Assembly (NCBI GenBank): GCA_038087875.1
Contig: JAXLNO010000631.1
Span: 1-40,228 of the forward strand
Reading direction: 5' to 3'
Length of the DNA stretch: 40,228 nt
From: Malacoraja senta
Lineage: Eukaryota
Made by a program: the position numbers and the translations under genes. This document shows, piece by piece, positions 22,391-33,656 of this stretch. The notes under the pieces were generated by a model. The model worked only from the letters and a program-made list of their open reading frames with translations, ran no database searches and had not been told where the DNA came from. Within the stretch, counting starts at the first letter, position 1. Every line of letters begins with the position of its first letter.

Positions 22391-22796
22391 ATTTCATCAT
22401 TCATTCATCATCGTTGAAAACATTACCGACGCAGTGGCGCTGGTTTCCGACGGGAACAGTGACGGACGCACCACACATCTCCGTCCTCCAGTTCCTGCGG
22501 ACTTCCGCCGCTGGAAGTACAGGATTTTGGTGTGTGTGTGCTTTATCATCATTCCTTACAATGCCGTGTACGACAGTGATCGCAACTTCTACCGAAGTGT
22601 GGGTGGCCGTTGGCTCGCTAGAAGCTCATCCGCCCTTTGACAGGTCTTGTTTTTGGTCCTGCTGGGGGTCCACAGCCCCCTGGCAAACCAGGTGGGGGAG
22701 ACGGTTTAGTCGCCGACTATCCGACCATGGAGCAGGTAGCACGGGATGCAATGGTACCCGTGGCAGGGGGAACTCCCCCCGACCTGACCTGACCTG
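22391..22796 (+). mobile_element. Unclassified CpG-rich retroposon with (ACCTG)n tail
   Basis: Interrupts CR1; hairpin-rich 3' half; ACCTG x3 at the end. Confidence 0.55.
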
Positions 22797-22895
22797 TAGA
22801 CTCAGAATATAAAAGACTTGCCTTTAGAAAGGAAATGAAGAGGAATTTCTTTAGTCAGAGGGTGGTGAATCTGTGGAATTCATTGCCACAGAAGA

Positions 22896-23944
22896 TAGGT
22901 ATGTTACAATACTTACCCTCAGCGGCGCTGTAATTCTGCCACTGGCCGTGTGCGCGGTTTTGGCGCCTTTAAGGGGGGGGTGGGGTTAAAACGCGGGTTT
23001 CTCCTATCTTGTCCTGGTTAATATTTCGTTGGAGTGCCAGCGTTTGCTGAAAAATCGTTCCGACGGGCGTTTTGTGTATTTTTTATTTTTATTCGATCGA
23101 CAATGTCAGCGCTGGAGTTATTTTAAAATCAGCTTCGAAAGCCGTCAACGCCGACAACGGGGACGGATTTCACACACGGGACAGGTAAACGAAAGTAGTT
23201 TATTTTAATGTATAAAAGTGCTTCTTAAGAAGCCTTTAATTCACATTTTTAATGCGAAACGGTAATTCTTTTCCCCGAACTAACGGCAGAATTTTTCATG
23301 CCGATACAGGGTTAAATTCACCGCAAATCAACGTTCCAATTGATCGCGTTCCAGAAAAACCCACTCGCAAGATTATTTAAATGGCCATTAATTTACAAGT
23401 ATTAAACATTAAAATTCCTTCCATTTGGCCTGTAAATCCATGACAATGAGATTTAAAAAATATGTTATATTGTGAATTATATTGTGAATTCTTGTGTGAA
23501 TGTTATTTGGACACTTAGGCTATTATAAATGTTAATCTATTCTTAAAAAATTGATAGATGTTTAGATCTAGTAATTGAATTTGTAATTAACTACAATTAG
23601 GTATAACTAATTATATGCTTTAATTTCAGGTCATCCAAGTAAGATTGTTTCATATTTGTTTCAGAATGCTTCAATCTATAATAACTGAAAATATCTTTCA
23701 GTTCTCTTAATTTTGAAGAAAGTTATGGGCTTTTGACTGTCCTCGATCACAGCTTTTGTGTTAAGTCAATGGAAAGGCAATAGGGAACAAGATGCTAATT
23801 TCCGAGTATGAAAATGGCCATACCTTTTTTAATACTGAAGATATGAAAGTGAATTAGGTATCAAATTAAACTTCTTTTTATGCTTTATCTGATGGGATAA
23901 ATTGCAGACTTTATTTTTAAAATCCAAAATTTGTAACATTGCTA
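22896..23944 (+). mobile_element. ~1.05-kb non-autonomous DNA transposon, copy 1
   Basis: Imperfect TIR TAGGTATGTTACAA / TTGTAACATTGCTA; CAGAAGA duplicated on both sides; homologous to 28068-29101. Confidence 0.85.
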
Positions 23945-24205
23945 CAGAAGATTGCGGAGGCCAAGTCGATGGGTATTTTTAAAGTGGAGATTATAGATTC
24001 TTGATTATTACGGGTGTCAGGAATTTATGGGGAGAAGCCAGGAGAATGGGGTTGAGAGGAAAAGATAGATCAGCCATGGTTGAACGGCGGAGTAGACCTC
24101 GATGGGCCGAATGGCCTAATTCTGCTCCTATGACATGAACCTATCTGTGTTCCTGCCTGCACCCCATTTGAATGAAAGACCAAAATGCTGGAGTTACACA
24201 GAGAG

Positions 24206-24455
24206 TGGTGATTTACACAGAGAGTGGTGAATCTGAGAACTCTCTGCCACAGAAGGTAGTGAGGCCAGTTCATTGGCTATATTTAAGAGGAGTTAGATGT
24301 GGCCCTTGTGGCTAAAGGGATCAGGGGGTATGGGGAGAAGGCTGGTACAGGATACTGAGTTGGATGATCAGCCATGATCATATTGAATGGCGGTGCAGGC
24401 TCGAAGGGCCGAATGGCCTACTCCTGCACCTATTTTCTATGTTTTTCTTTGTTTC
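24206..24455 (+). mobile_element. CR1 3' fragment inserted in a Penelope-derived element (24178-24532)
   Basis: Host GCTGGAG|TAACTCAG is split; antisense motif CTGACGAATGGTCCCGACCCGAAACGTC at 24499-24531. Confidence 0.8.
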
Positions 24456-24725
24456 TAACTCAGGGGGTCAGGCAGCATCGCTGGAGGGACATGGATAGGT
24501 GACGTTTCGGGTCGGGACCATTCGTCAGACTGATTGTAGAAGGCTATTGCTCTCTTCCCCTCCCCATCCACCTACATTCCTAACAATTTGCACCTTGTCA
24601 ATCCTCTACCTTCACATTCGCAATCCTTTTATCCCACACCTTCATCTCTGGCCTTTGTCCAACCATCTGCCTATTAAAATACCCCCCCTTCTGGGGTATC
24701 CACCTTAGAATACCCCCTTCTAAAT

Positions 24726-24948
24726 ATCCCACTTCTGACACCATGTTTGTAATCAAACCACTACAAAGTATTAGGGAACCACAAAGTTTTTATTAAAACA
24801 TATGCAGAGAGATAATACGTGCTGCTGCACTGAGTGTATCATCTTGCAGACTGCCAAGCTCAGGGACCAGCAGGCTGTTATCAGTAACTGCATTCCTTAC
24901 TCAAATCCCGGACTGGATTACATAGTGGAATGTGTATCATGCATAACA
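24726..24948 (-). mobile_element. Gypsy-type LTR (24744-24948) plus 18-nt tRNA-Leu(CAA) PBS
   Basis: Minus strand TGTTAT...AATAAA...AAACA followed directly by TGGTGTCAGAAGTGGGAT. Confidence 0.8.
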
Positions 24949-25859
24949 TACGTGGTGAAGGTTATATTGACGGAGACTAATATGGTTGATTGACACCTGT
25001 GTTCACCTATGACCTGAACCATGCAGAACTATGCCCGAACAAACTTCCCCTTTGCAGTTGGCATAATGTCTTAAAATTGCAAGTAACTAGTTGCTCTACT
25101 TATATACGACATTGCAATGATTTAATATGTTAAATACAATCATATACAGTTAAATTCTGCATCTGGAATGTTATATATTGTGGCTGCTCCATTACAATTA
25201 GTCCCCTTAATTGGAATATGTGACTGTGTTTCCTCCTTCATTTGGCTGTTTATAACGCACATGAATTTTTCAAGCCATGCTTCTAAAATAAACACTTAAC
25301 AAAAATAATATTCTGCAAGGATTTCTCTGTAATTACTCCGTGGGTTCATTCTGTGTTTACATCAGAGTGCTTTTAATCGAAACATACTCCATTATTAACT
25401 GATGAGTTATGTTTGGCAGAAAATAAAGCACAGCTAAATATTTCATTGCACATAATGTCAGCCTCCACCAGGAAAGAGGATGCATGTGCGTCGCTGATGG
25501 ACCTGCCAAAGCGAGGCAGTTGTATTTCTACGGCGTTGTAGTTTTATTTTGCTCTGCTCGTTTAGATCGCCTAAGCACGCCGGCAGTTGTGCGAAGGAGA
25601 ATGGAGATTACAACTTATAAATTAATGGGCTAGAAATTTAATAGACCTTGAAAAGATATGTGAGTGTCCCAGTGATGGCAACTATACAAGTTGGCTGGAT
25701 GGGATTTTTTGCCCTTTCCATTCACTGTGAGAATGAAGGTGTGAGGTCAATAAAGTGCTTGCAGCATTGAGGCTAGGTCCTCAGGCTGCTCTGCGGACAC
25801 TGATGACACTGATGCCACTGACCAAGTCCTCTTGCTGCCAATTTATTTCAGACTCTGCA

Positions 25860-26246
25860 GAGACAAGGAACTGCAGATGCTGGTTTATCAAGAAAAGACA
25901 CAACGTGCTGGAGTAACTCAGCGGGTCAGGCAGCATCTGTGGGGAACATGGATAGGTGACGTTTCACAGAGTGCTGGAGTAACTCAGCGGGTCAGGCAGC
26001 ATCTCTGGAGAACATGGATAGGTGACGTTTCACAGAGTGCTGGAGTAACTCAGCGGGTCAGGCAGCATCTGTGGGGAACATGGATAGGTGACGTTTCCCA
26101 AGTGCTGGAGTAACTCAGCGGGTCAGGCAGCATCTCTGGAGAACATGGATAGGTGACGTTTCACAGAGCGCTGAGTAACTCAGCGGTCAGGCAGCATCTG
26201 TGGGGAACATGGATAGGTGACGTTTCACAGAGTGCTGGAGTAACTC
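25860..26246 (-). repeat. Penelope-derived element with 66-bp minisatellite (~5 copies)
   Basis: AAGGAACTGCAGATGCTGG terminus plus tandem units. Confidence 0.9.
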
Positions 26247-26254
26247 GGGCTCAT

Positions 26255-26418
26255 CATGGCTACTCCACCATTAAATCATGGCTGATCTATCTCTCCTCCC
26301 AACCCCATTCTCCTGCTTCTCCCCATAATCCCTGACACCCGTACTAATCGAGAATCTATCTATCACTGCCTTAAAATTATCGATTGATGTGCCCTCCACA
26401 GCCTTCTGTGGAAATTAA
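26255..26418 (-). mobile_element. CR1 3' tail
   Basis: TCATGGCTGATCTATC...TCTCCCCATA...CTCCACAGCCTTCTGTGG. Confidence 0.8.
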
Positions 26419-26956
26419 TTTGAGTTACTGCAACAGTTTGTGTTTGTCCTTATTTCAGTTCATGCTTGCTTTCTTGGCTCCCAGCAGAAGCACAGAAGGA
26501 TGACAGCTCAGATGGGGTGGGGCATTTGGCCCATTGAGTTTGTATTGACTGCACGGAAGGCAGCAATCCAGCCTGTCCCACTCCCCCCACCCTCTCTTCA
26601 AGGCCCTGTAAATACTTTCTTTTCAGACACAAATCTGGCTCCCCTTTGAACAGGAGAAGGGAAAGTGCTCCCACTGCTGCCCCCTGCAGGGCGTTCTAAC
26701 CCTAAACATTCACACTTTTAATTTTTCCTTTGGTTAGTTTGGTTCTTTTACCAATCACCTTCATTCTCAGCCCCTGATGCTTGAACCCTTTCCCAATGGG
26801 AACAGTCCACTTCATCATTTTAAATATCAGATCTCCATGCAACCTCCTCTGTCCCAAAGAGGACAACGCAGCCAGGTGGGACTAGTGTAGATGGGTCATG
26901 TTGGCTGGTGTGGGCAAGTTGGGCCGAAGGGCCTGTTGCCACTCTATGACTTGAAT

Positions 26957-27482
26957 TGTCAAGTCAATAGTGTTTTATTGTCATATGTCCCAAAATGGAA
27001 CAATGAAATTCTTACGTGCAGTAGTACAAAAGATATGTAAACATATTATTCTGTAAAGCCCAATAAACAGCAAAAAAAGTTCAGTATATATAAATAAAAA
27101 CAGACAAATAAATAGACAATAGGAGATCCAAATGCCCCCAAGTCTATGTGGTTCAGAACTTATTTGGAGGTTGTGGTGTTTAATACCCTGATGGTTGTGG
27201 GGAAGGAGCTGTTCCTGAACCTGGACGTTACAGTTTTCAGGCTCCTGTACCTTCTTCCCGATGGCAGGGTTGAAATGAGAGCGTGGCCAGGGTGGTGTGG
27301 GTCTCTGATGATGCTGGTTGCCTTTTTGAGGCAGCGACTCCTGTAGATCCCTTCGATGGCGGGGAGGTCAGTACCCATGATGGACCGGGCAGTGTTCGCC
27401 ACTTTTCAAGATGCTCACCGGTAAACGTTTAAGAAAGTATTCGTTGACATCTCCTCAATCGTCAAAGGAAGTAGAGGCGTTG
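26957..27482 (-). mobile_element. Rex1/Babar-type LINE 3' fragment
   Basis: IEGIYRSRCLKKATSIIRDPHHPGHALISTLPSGRRYRSL. Confidence 0.85.
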
Positions 27483-27520
27483 AATGCGAATTACTGCAAT
27501 TAAATGATGTCCACTGGGAT

Positions 27521-27734
27521 TGTAGATTGGTTATTGCATGTGAACCAATCATAGTAGAGTAGCATCATTAACCCCACCTTACTGTATGCTTTATTTTAAC
27601 ACCTCCTTCCTACACTAGGTAGTCCTGGAAGTGGTGATGATGAAGTAGCAACTAACAACCTGCTGTACCGCTATATTATGTGTAACAAATAAAGATTACT
27701 TTAAACTCCAGGCTGTGTAACATAATTATTTACA
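27521..27734 (+). mobile_element. Gypsy-type LTR
   Basis: TGTAGAT...ATTTACA termini, AATAAA at ~27688, PBS immediately after. Confidence 0.8.
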
Positions 27735-27770
27735 TGGTGTCAGAAGTGGGATTCGAACCCACGCCTCCAT
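27735..27770 (-). pseudogene. Reverse-transcribed 3' 36 nt of mature tRNA-Leu(CAA), including CCA
   Basis: Minus strand ATGGAGGCGTGGGTTCGAATCCCACTTCTGACACCA. Confidence 0.85.
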
Positions 27771-28025
27771 CGTTCCCCGATGTCAGAATCGAAGATAAGC
27801 TGCGCTGGCTTTCAGCATGAGTGAGCCATGGTGATACAAATGAAACTGATAAACAGAAATAAAACCCGATATACGGACGCAGTGGGTTACTTCAAGCTTT
27901 CTGACACCATGTAAGTGCCTTTCAAGGTGAAATTACTCATTGCCTACAGAGACCAATGTGAAGGAGGTTGAATTTATATATATGCTCTGCCCACATTTAT
28001 AGCCCTTGCGGCACCAAAAGTAGAC
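27764..28025 (-). mobile_element. Gypsy 5' fragment: LTR end, tRNA-Leu PBS (27899-27909), leader, gag start
   Basis: Minus strand TTACA-TGGTGTCAGAA; CACCATGG at 27829 gives MAHSC*KPAQLIFDSDIGERWR. Confidence 0.7.
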
Positions 28026-28067
28026 TTAATGGGCCGAATGGCCTACTCCTGCACCTATTGTCTATTG

Positions 28068-29101
28068 TAGCAATGTTACAAAATTTTGAGATTTTAAAAA
28101 TCAAGTGCAATTTATCCCATCAGATAAAGCATAAAAAGAAGTTTAATTTGACACCTAATTCACTTTCATATATTTAGTATTAAAAAAGTTATGGCCATAC
28201 TCGGAAATTAGCATCTTCTTCCCTATTGCTTTTCCATTGACTTAACACAAAAGCTGTGATCAAGAACAGTCAAAAGCCCATAACTTTCTTAAAAATTAAG
28301 AGAACAAAGAAATTTTCAGTTATTATAGATTGAAGTATTCTGAAACAAATATGAAACAATCTTACTTGGATGACCTGAAATTAAAGCATATAATTAGTTA
28401 GTTACCCAATTGTAGCTAATTATAAAATTCAATTACTAGATCTAAACATCTATCCATTTCTTAAGAAAAGATGAACATTTTTAAATAGCCTAAGTGTCCA
28501 AATAACATTCACACATGAATTCACAATATAACATGATTTTTAAATGTCATTGTCATTAATTTATAGGCCAAATGGAAGGAATTTAATGTTTAATTCCCGT
28601 AAATTAATGGCCATTTAAATCATCTTGCGAGTGGGATTTTTTGGAACACGATTAATTGGAACATTGCATTTGCGGTGAATTGAAACCCCATATCGGCAGG
28701 AAAAATACTGCCGGTTCGTATGGGGAATAAGTCACCTTCTCGCAACGTGAAATTTTGATTAAAGGTATCCTAAGAAGCACTTTTTAATGAAAAAATAAAC
28801 GGCGTACCTTGCCTTGTCCCCTACTTGAGGTCCGTTCCGTTGTCAGCGTTCACGGCTTTAGAAGATGATTTTTAATTTACTACAGTAATTAAATTAGTAA
28901 GCGCAGTTTAAAGATAATTCCAGAGAACGGCAGTCGAAGCGATTTTTCTTCATCAACTATTTAGCCTGTTAAAAATCGATTTGAATAGGCTTCCGAAATA
29001 CCGCATTTTAAACCCGCCCCCCTCTCAACGGCGCCAAAGTCGCACACATGGGCAGTGACAGAACTGCAGCGCCGCTTAAGGTAAGTATTGTAACATACCT
29101 A
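28068..29101 (-). mobile_element. ~1.03-kb non-autonomous DNA transposon, copy 2 (inverted)
   Basis: TAGCAATGTTACAA...TTGTAACATACCTA; inserted in a CR1 (TATTGTC)n tail. Confidence 0.85.
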
Positions 29102-29202
29102 CTGTATCTATTGTCTATAAAACCAATATTCCTCCGTGCATCCCAACCAAATGTATCTGGTGCTCATCTGAGAATCACTGCAGATCACCAACTCTAAGTA
29201 TA

Positions 29203-29930
29203 TCATAAGGTCATAAGGTTATAAGGAATAGGAGTAGAATTAGGCCATTCGGCCCATCAAGTCTACTCCACCATTCAATCATGGCTGATCTACCTCTCCC
29301 TCCCAACCCCATTCTCCTGCCTTCTCCCCGTCACCCCTGACACGAAAACTAATCAAGAATCTGCATATTGTGGCGTCACCTGATGGTCAGACCACTTACA
29401 GTCGAACCCTCGTCGGTGGTTTCGAGGACTGTCACGCGGCGTCATGGGTTCAGGGGAGTGTCCTAGTACTTACCTGGAGATCATGAGTCGACAGGTAGCT
29501 GAGCTCGAGTCAACACCCTGGCTCAGCAGCAGCAGCAGTGGCAACATGTTAGAGGACCAAACTTGCATGTCCACCAACCATGTAATGTCTGAATAAAGGA
29601 ACTGTTCGTCCACCACGTTTGGTACTGCTACACTATCTCTGTCTTAAAGATATCCACTGACGTGGCCTCCACAACCTTCTGTGGCAAAGAATTCCGCAGA
29701 TTCACCACCTACTCTGACTAAAGAAATTCCTCCTCATCTCCTTCCGAAAGGAAGGTCCTTTAATTCTGAGGCTGTGCCCTCTAGTCCTAGACTCTAGACT
29801 CTGAGGCTGTGCCCTCTAGTCCTAGACTCTAGATGTTTCCACTAGTGGAAACATCCTCTCCACATCCACTCTATCCAGGCCTTTCACTATTCTGTACGCT
29901 TCAATGAGGTTCCCTCTCTCATTCTTCTTA
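29203..29930 (-). mobile_element. CR1 3' fragment interrupted by a solo LTR; 35-bp tandem duplication at ~29766-29833
   Basis: Collinear with 20125-20668. Confidence 0.85.
29369..29632 (+). mobile_element. Solo LTR
   Basis: TGTGGC...GCTACA termini, AATAAA at ~29592, flanks ATAT/CTAT, cleanly interrupts CR1. Confidence 0.8.
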
Positions 29931-30451
29931 TCTGAAGGATTCTTTTTAGCTGCCCAGTACAAAGGCCTGTGCTGTGGCCGACAAGCTGGATTGATTTGTG
30001 TCATGCTAACAGTACATCAAATGCCAGCAGGCCCAGTTTGTTTCACCATCACTGTGACTATTGAATCTTTGCATGCAGTCATTCACAATGGGGAGTCTCA
30101 TGTTCTAACAGAGCTGCAGTTCTGGTCTTCCTTGTCGTTTGGCACAGAAGCACAGTAGCAGGCCTTGATGCTGGAGCCACCATTGGGGACACTTTCAGAA
30201 TGTGGAGAGCGTATTGTAAGCTTTGTCCATTCTCCGAGCCACATCTGCAGCTGATAATATCCATTAAACCACATTAGCTCCAGCAGATCGGCTGGGTAAA
30301 GGGATGGGCCTCATCACCCACCCCTCAGTGTTTCCTCCCCACGTTCTACCCTTCAAAGCCAGTCCATTGCATTTGAATATATCCACCCACAGATAGATTC
30401 CTGCAACCTCCTTCTTGTAGTGTGTTCTCCTTTAACAGGGGAACGCACTTT

Positions 30452-30723
30452 TCGTTTTAGAGATACAGCGCGGAAACAGGCCCATCAGCCCGCACCGACC
30501 AACAAACCCCACGCACCAACACTATCCCACACTGGGGACAGCCTACAGACCCGCACGTCTTTGGAGTGCGGGAGGAAACCGAAGTTCCCGGAGAAAACCC
30601 ACGCAGGTCACGGGGAGAACGTGCAAACTCCGTACAGACAGCACCCGTGGTCAGGATTGAACCCGGGTCTCCGGTGCTGTAAGCGCTGCAAGGCAGCAAC
30701 TCTACCGCTGCGCCACCGCGCCA
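30452..30723 (-). mobile_element. HE1 SINE
   Basis: Head, V-domain and tail in reverse. Confidence 0.88.
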
Positions 30724-31319
30724 CTTGAACTTAACAGCAGAATAAAATTGTATCATTCAGAAAATCCACTTTTAAATGGATAATGGCTTGATGTGGGCAA
30801 GCAGTGACTCTGAGAGATTGAAATGACTTCAGCCCATAGTATCAATCAAGGCTCGCCTAATAGATTCTAAAATAGAAGGATTAATATTTTTACACAGTTG
30901 ACAATAGCAGGCTGTTGTCGACTTGAACTTGGACCAGAAGTGACTGCCAGTGTTAATTACACACTCATTTATTAGGAGCAAGGAGACTTCACTTGTTCAG
31001 CAGTACCAGTTACACCATTGCCGTCTAAGAATCCTTCACATAAATGAGATGTCTTGCCTGATTGAAGGTGTTCCCATTGCAGCATTTTTATTTTCTAATT
31101 CCCTTGCTAATCCTTACAATGTAATTTTTTTTGTTTTTGGAATGCCAGAATGCAGATTCTTTTGCTTTATGCTTTGTCAGAGTCGAGGGCACTTGAATAA
31201 CTGGGGAGGGGATATACAACATTTCAGTCATGGTAAGATCTCCTGCTTGTGAAGAAAAGGAATAGGCGACATTTCGAATCGCAATCCTTCTTCTCACTGA
31301 AACTCAACAGGTCTGGCAG

Positions 31320-32215
31320 CAACGTCACCAATTCCTTCTCTCCAGAGATGCTGCCTGATCCGCTGAGTTACTCCAGCACTCTGTGAAACGTCACCTATCC
31401 ATGTTCTCCAGAGATGCTGCCTGATCCGCTGAGTTACTCCAGCACTCTGTGAAACGTCACCTATCCATGTTCTCCACAGATGCTGCCTGACCCGCTGAGT
31501 TACTCCAGCACTCTGTGAAACGTCACCTATCCATGTTCTCCACAGATGCTGCCTGACCCGCTGAGTTACTCCAGCACTCTGTGAAACGTCACCTATCCAT
31601 GTTCTCCACAGATGCTGCCTGACCTGCTGAGTTACTCCAGCACTCTGTGAAACGTCACCTATCCATGTTCTCCACAGATGCTGCCTGACCCGCTGAGTTA
31701 CTCCAGCACTTTGTGTGAAACGTCACCTATCCATGTTCTCCACAGATGCTGCCTGACCCGCTGAGTTACTCCAGCACTCTGTGAAACGTCACCTATCCAT
31801 GTTCTCCACAGATGCTGCCTGACCCGCTGAGTTACTCCAGCACTCTGGGAAACGTCATCTATCCATGTTCCGGCAGCATCTATGGAGCGAAGGAAATAGG
31901 CAACGTTTCGGCCCGAAACCCTTCCGGGTTTCGGCCCGAAACGTTGCCTATTTCCTTCAGGGTTTCGGCCCGAAAGGTTGCCCATTTCCTTCGCTCCACA
32001 GATGCTGCCTGACCCGCTGAGTTACTCCAGCACTCTGTGAAACGTCACCTATCCATGTTCTCCACAGATGCTGCCTGACCCGCTGAGTTACTCCAGCACT
32101 CTGTGAAACGTCACCTATCCATGTTCTCCACAGATGCTGCCTGACCCGCTGAGTTACTCCAGCATTTTCTGTCTATCTTTGGTGTGCACCAGCATCTGTC
32201 GTTCCTTCCAAAACA
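31320..32215 (+). repeat. Penelope-derived element with ~11 copies of the 66-bp unit and an internal fold-back (31871-32010)
   Basis: Tandem CAGATGCTGCCTGACCCGCTGAGTTACTCCAGCACTCTGTGAAACGTCACCTATCCATGTTCTCCA. Confidence 0.92.
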
Positions 32216-32329
32216 CCATTTGATAGGCCATGGTTAACTGAGGTACAAATGGTTCATACAGTACAACCCGTTTGACCTCAGCCTCTGCCCTTTATGCAAA
32301 CGTACAACTTCTTTGCTTACCCCAGTCTG

Positions 32330-32522
32330 GAGTGCTCCGGTTTCCTCCCACACTCCAAGGGCCTGCAGGTTTGTAGGTTAATTGGCTTTGGTAAAAATTG
32401 TAAATTGTCCCGAGTGTGCCGGATGGTGTTCGTGTGCAGGGATCACTGGTCGGCGCGGACTCGGTGTGCCGAGGGTCCTGCTTCCAAATGCTGTATCTCT
32501 ATACTATACTAATCTAAACTAA
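32330..32522 (+). mobile_element. HE1 SINE 3' half
   Basis: V-domain and tail. Confidence 0.85.
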
Positions 32523-32526
32523 AAGA

Positions 32527-32620
32527 GGATAGACACAAAAAGCTGGAGTAACTCAGCGGGACAGGCAGCATCTCCGGAGAGAAGGAATGGGTGACGTTTC
32601 GGGTCGAGACCCTTCTTAAG
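32527..32620 (-). mobile_element. Penelope-derived short element with mutated hammerhead core
   Basis: Minus strand CTTAAGAAGGGTCTCGACCCGAAACGTCACCC. Confidence 0.75.
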
Positions 32621-32716
32621 AATAAAAGACTCAGTTCAGAGAACTGGCAAGTTGAGTACTGAGTCCCCCGCACCCTAACTTTTCACATCTGTGAGCAGAA
32701 AACAGAAAGCAGTGCA

Positions 32717-33465
32717 TGACAGGGGAAGTACAACGGGATCTGGGGGTCCTTGTTCATCAGTCAATGAAAGTAAGCATGTAGGTACAGCAGGCAGTGAAGA
32801 AAGCGAATGGTATGTTGGCCTTCATAGCGAGAGGAATCGAATATAGGAGCAAAGAGGTCCTTCTGCAGTTATATAGGGCCCTAGTGAGACCAAACCTGGA
32901 GTATTCTGTGCAGTTTTGGTCCCCTAATTTAAGGAAGGACGTTCTTGCTATTGAGGGAGTGCAGCGTAGGTTTACAAGGTTAATTCCCGGGATGGCGGGA
33001 CTGTCATATGCTGAGAGAATGGAGCGGCTGGGCTTGTATACTCTGGAGTTTAGAAGGATGATAGGGGATCTTATTTAAACATATAAGATTATTAAGGGTT
33101 TGGACACGCTAGAGGCAGGAAACATGTTCCCGATGTTGGGGGAGTCCAGAACCAGGGGCCACACACAGTTTAAGAATAAGGAGTAAGCCATTTAGAACGG
33201 AGACGAGGAAACACTTTTCTCACAGAGAGTGGTGAGTCTGTGGAATTCTCTGCCTCAGAGGGCGGTGGAGGCCGGTTCTCTGGATGCTTTCAAGAGAGAG
33301 CTAGATAGGGCTCTTAAAAATAGCGGAGTCAGGGGATATGGGGAGAAGGCAGGAACGGGGTACTGATTGGGGATGATCAGCCATGATCACATTGAATGGC
33401 GGTGCTGGCTCGAAGGGCCGAATGGCCTACTCCTGCACCTATTGTCTATTGTCTATTGTCTATTG
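32717..33465 (+). mobile_element. CR1 3' fragment
   Basis: KKANGMLAFIARGIEYRSKEVLLQLYRALVRPNLEY; (TATTGTC)n tail. Confidence 0.95.
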
Positions 33466-33656
33466 AAATGTATCGAGGTGCAAATGCTGTTCCTTAAAGC
33501 GGGTGAAAGTTAGCGAACATTGCACTGTTGTTTTTTCTGAGATGTATTCATTTTCCGGGACCTGTGTACCAGCGGCAAGGCCAGCATTTATGGCCCATCC
33601 TTAATTGCACGTGAAGGTGGCAGTAAGCTGCCATCTTTCACCGCTGTAATTAGTCG

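Larger units (their letters stand above)
22368..24140 (+). mobile_element. CR1 3' fragment broken into three pieces by two insertions
   Basis: 22368-22390, 22797-22895 and 23945-24140 are collinear with other CR1 tails. Confidence 0.8.

Noticed and set aside
25372..25412. CGAAAC...CTGATGAG as a type II hammerhead
   Set aside because: No room or complementarity for stems I and III, and stem II does not pair
27735..27770. Functional tRNA-Leu gene
   Set aside because: Only the 3' 36 nt are present, with encoded CCA and no A-box or anticodon arm
29467..29478. TACTTACCTGG resembling the U1 snRNA 5' end
   Set aside because: Only ~11 nt inside an LTR, with no further U1 similarity
31335..32165. 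CRISPR-like array
   Set aside because: Units are near-identical end to end with no unique spacers and no cas genes; it is a eukaryotic minisatellite
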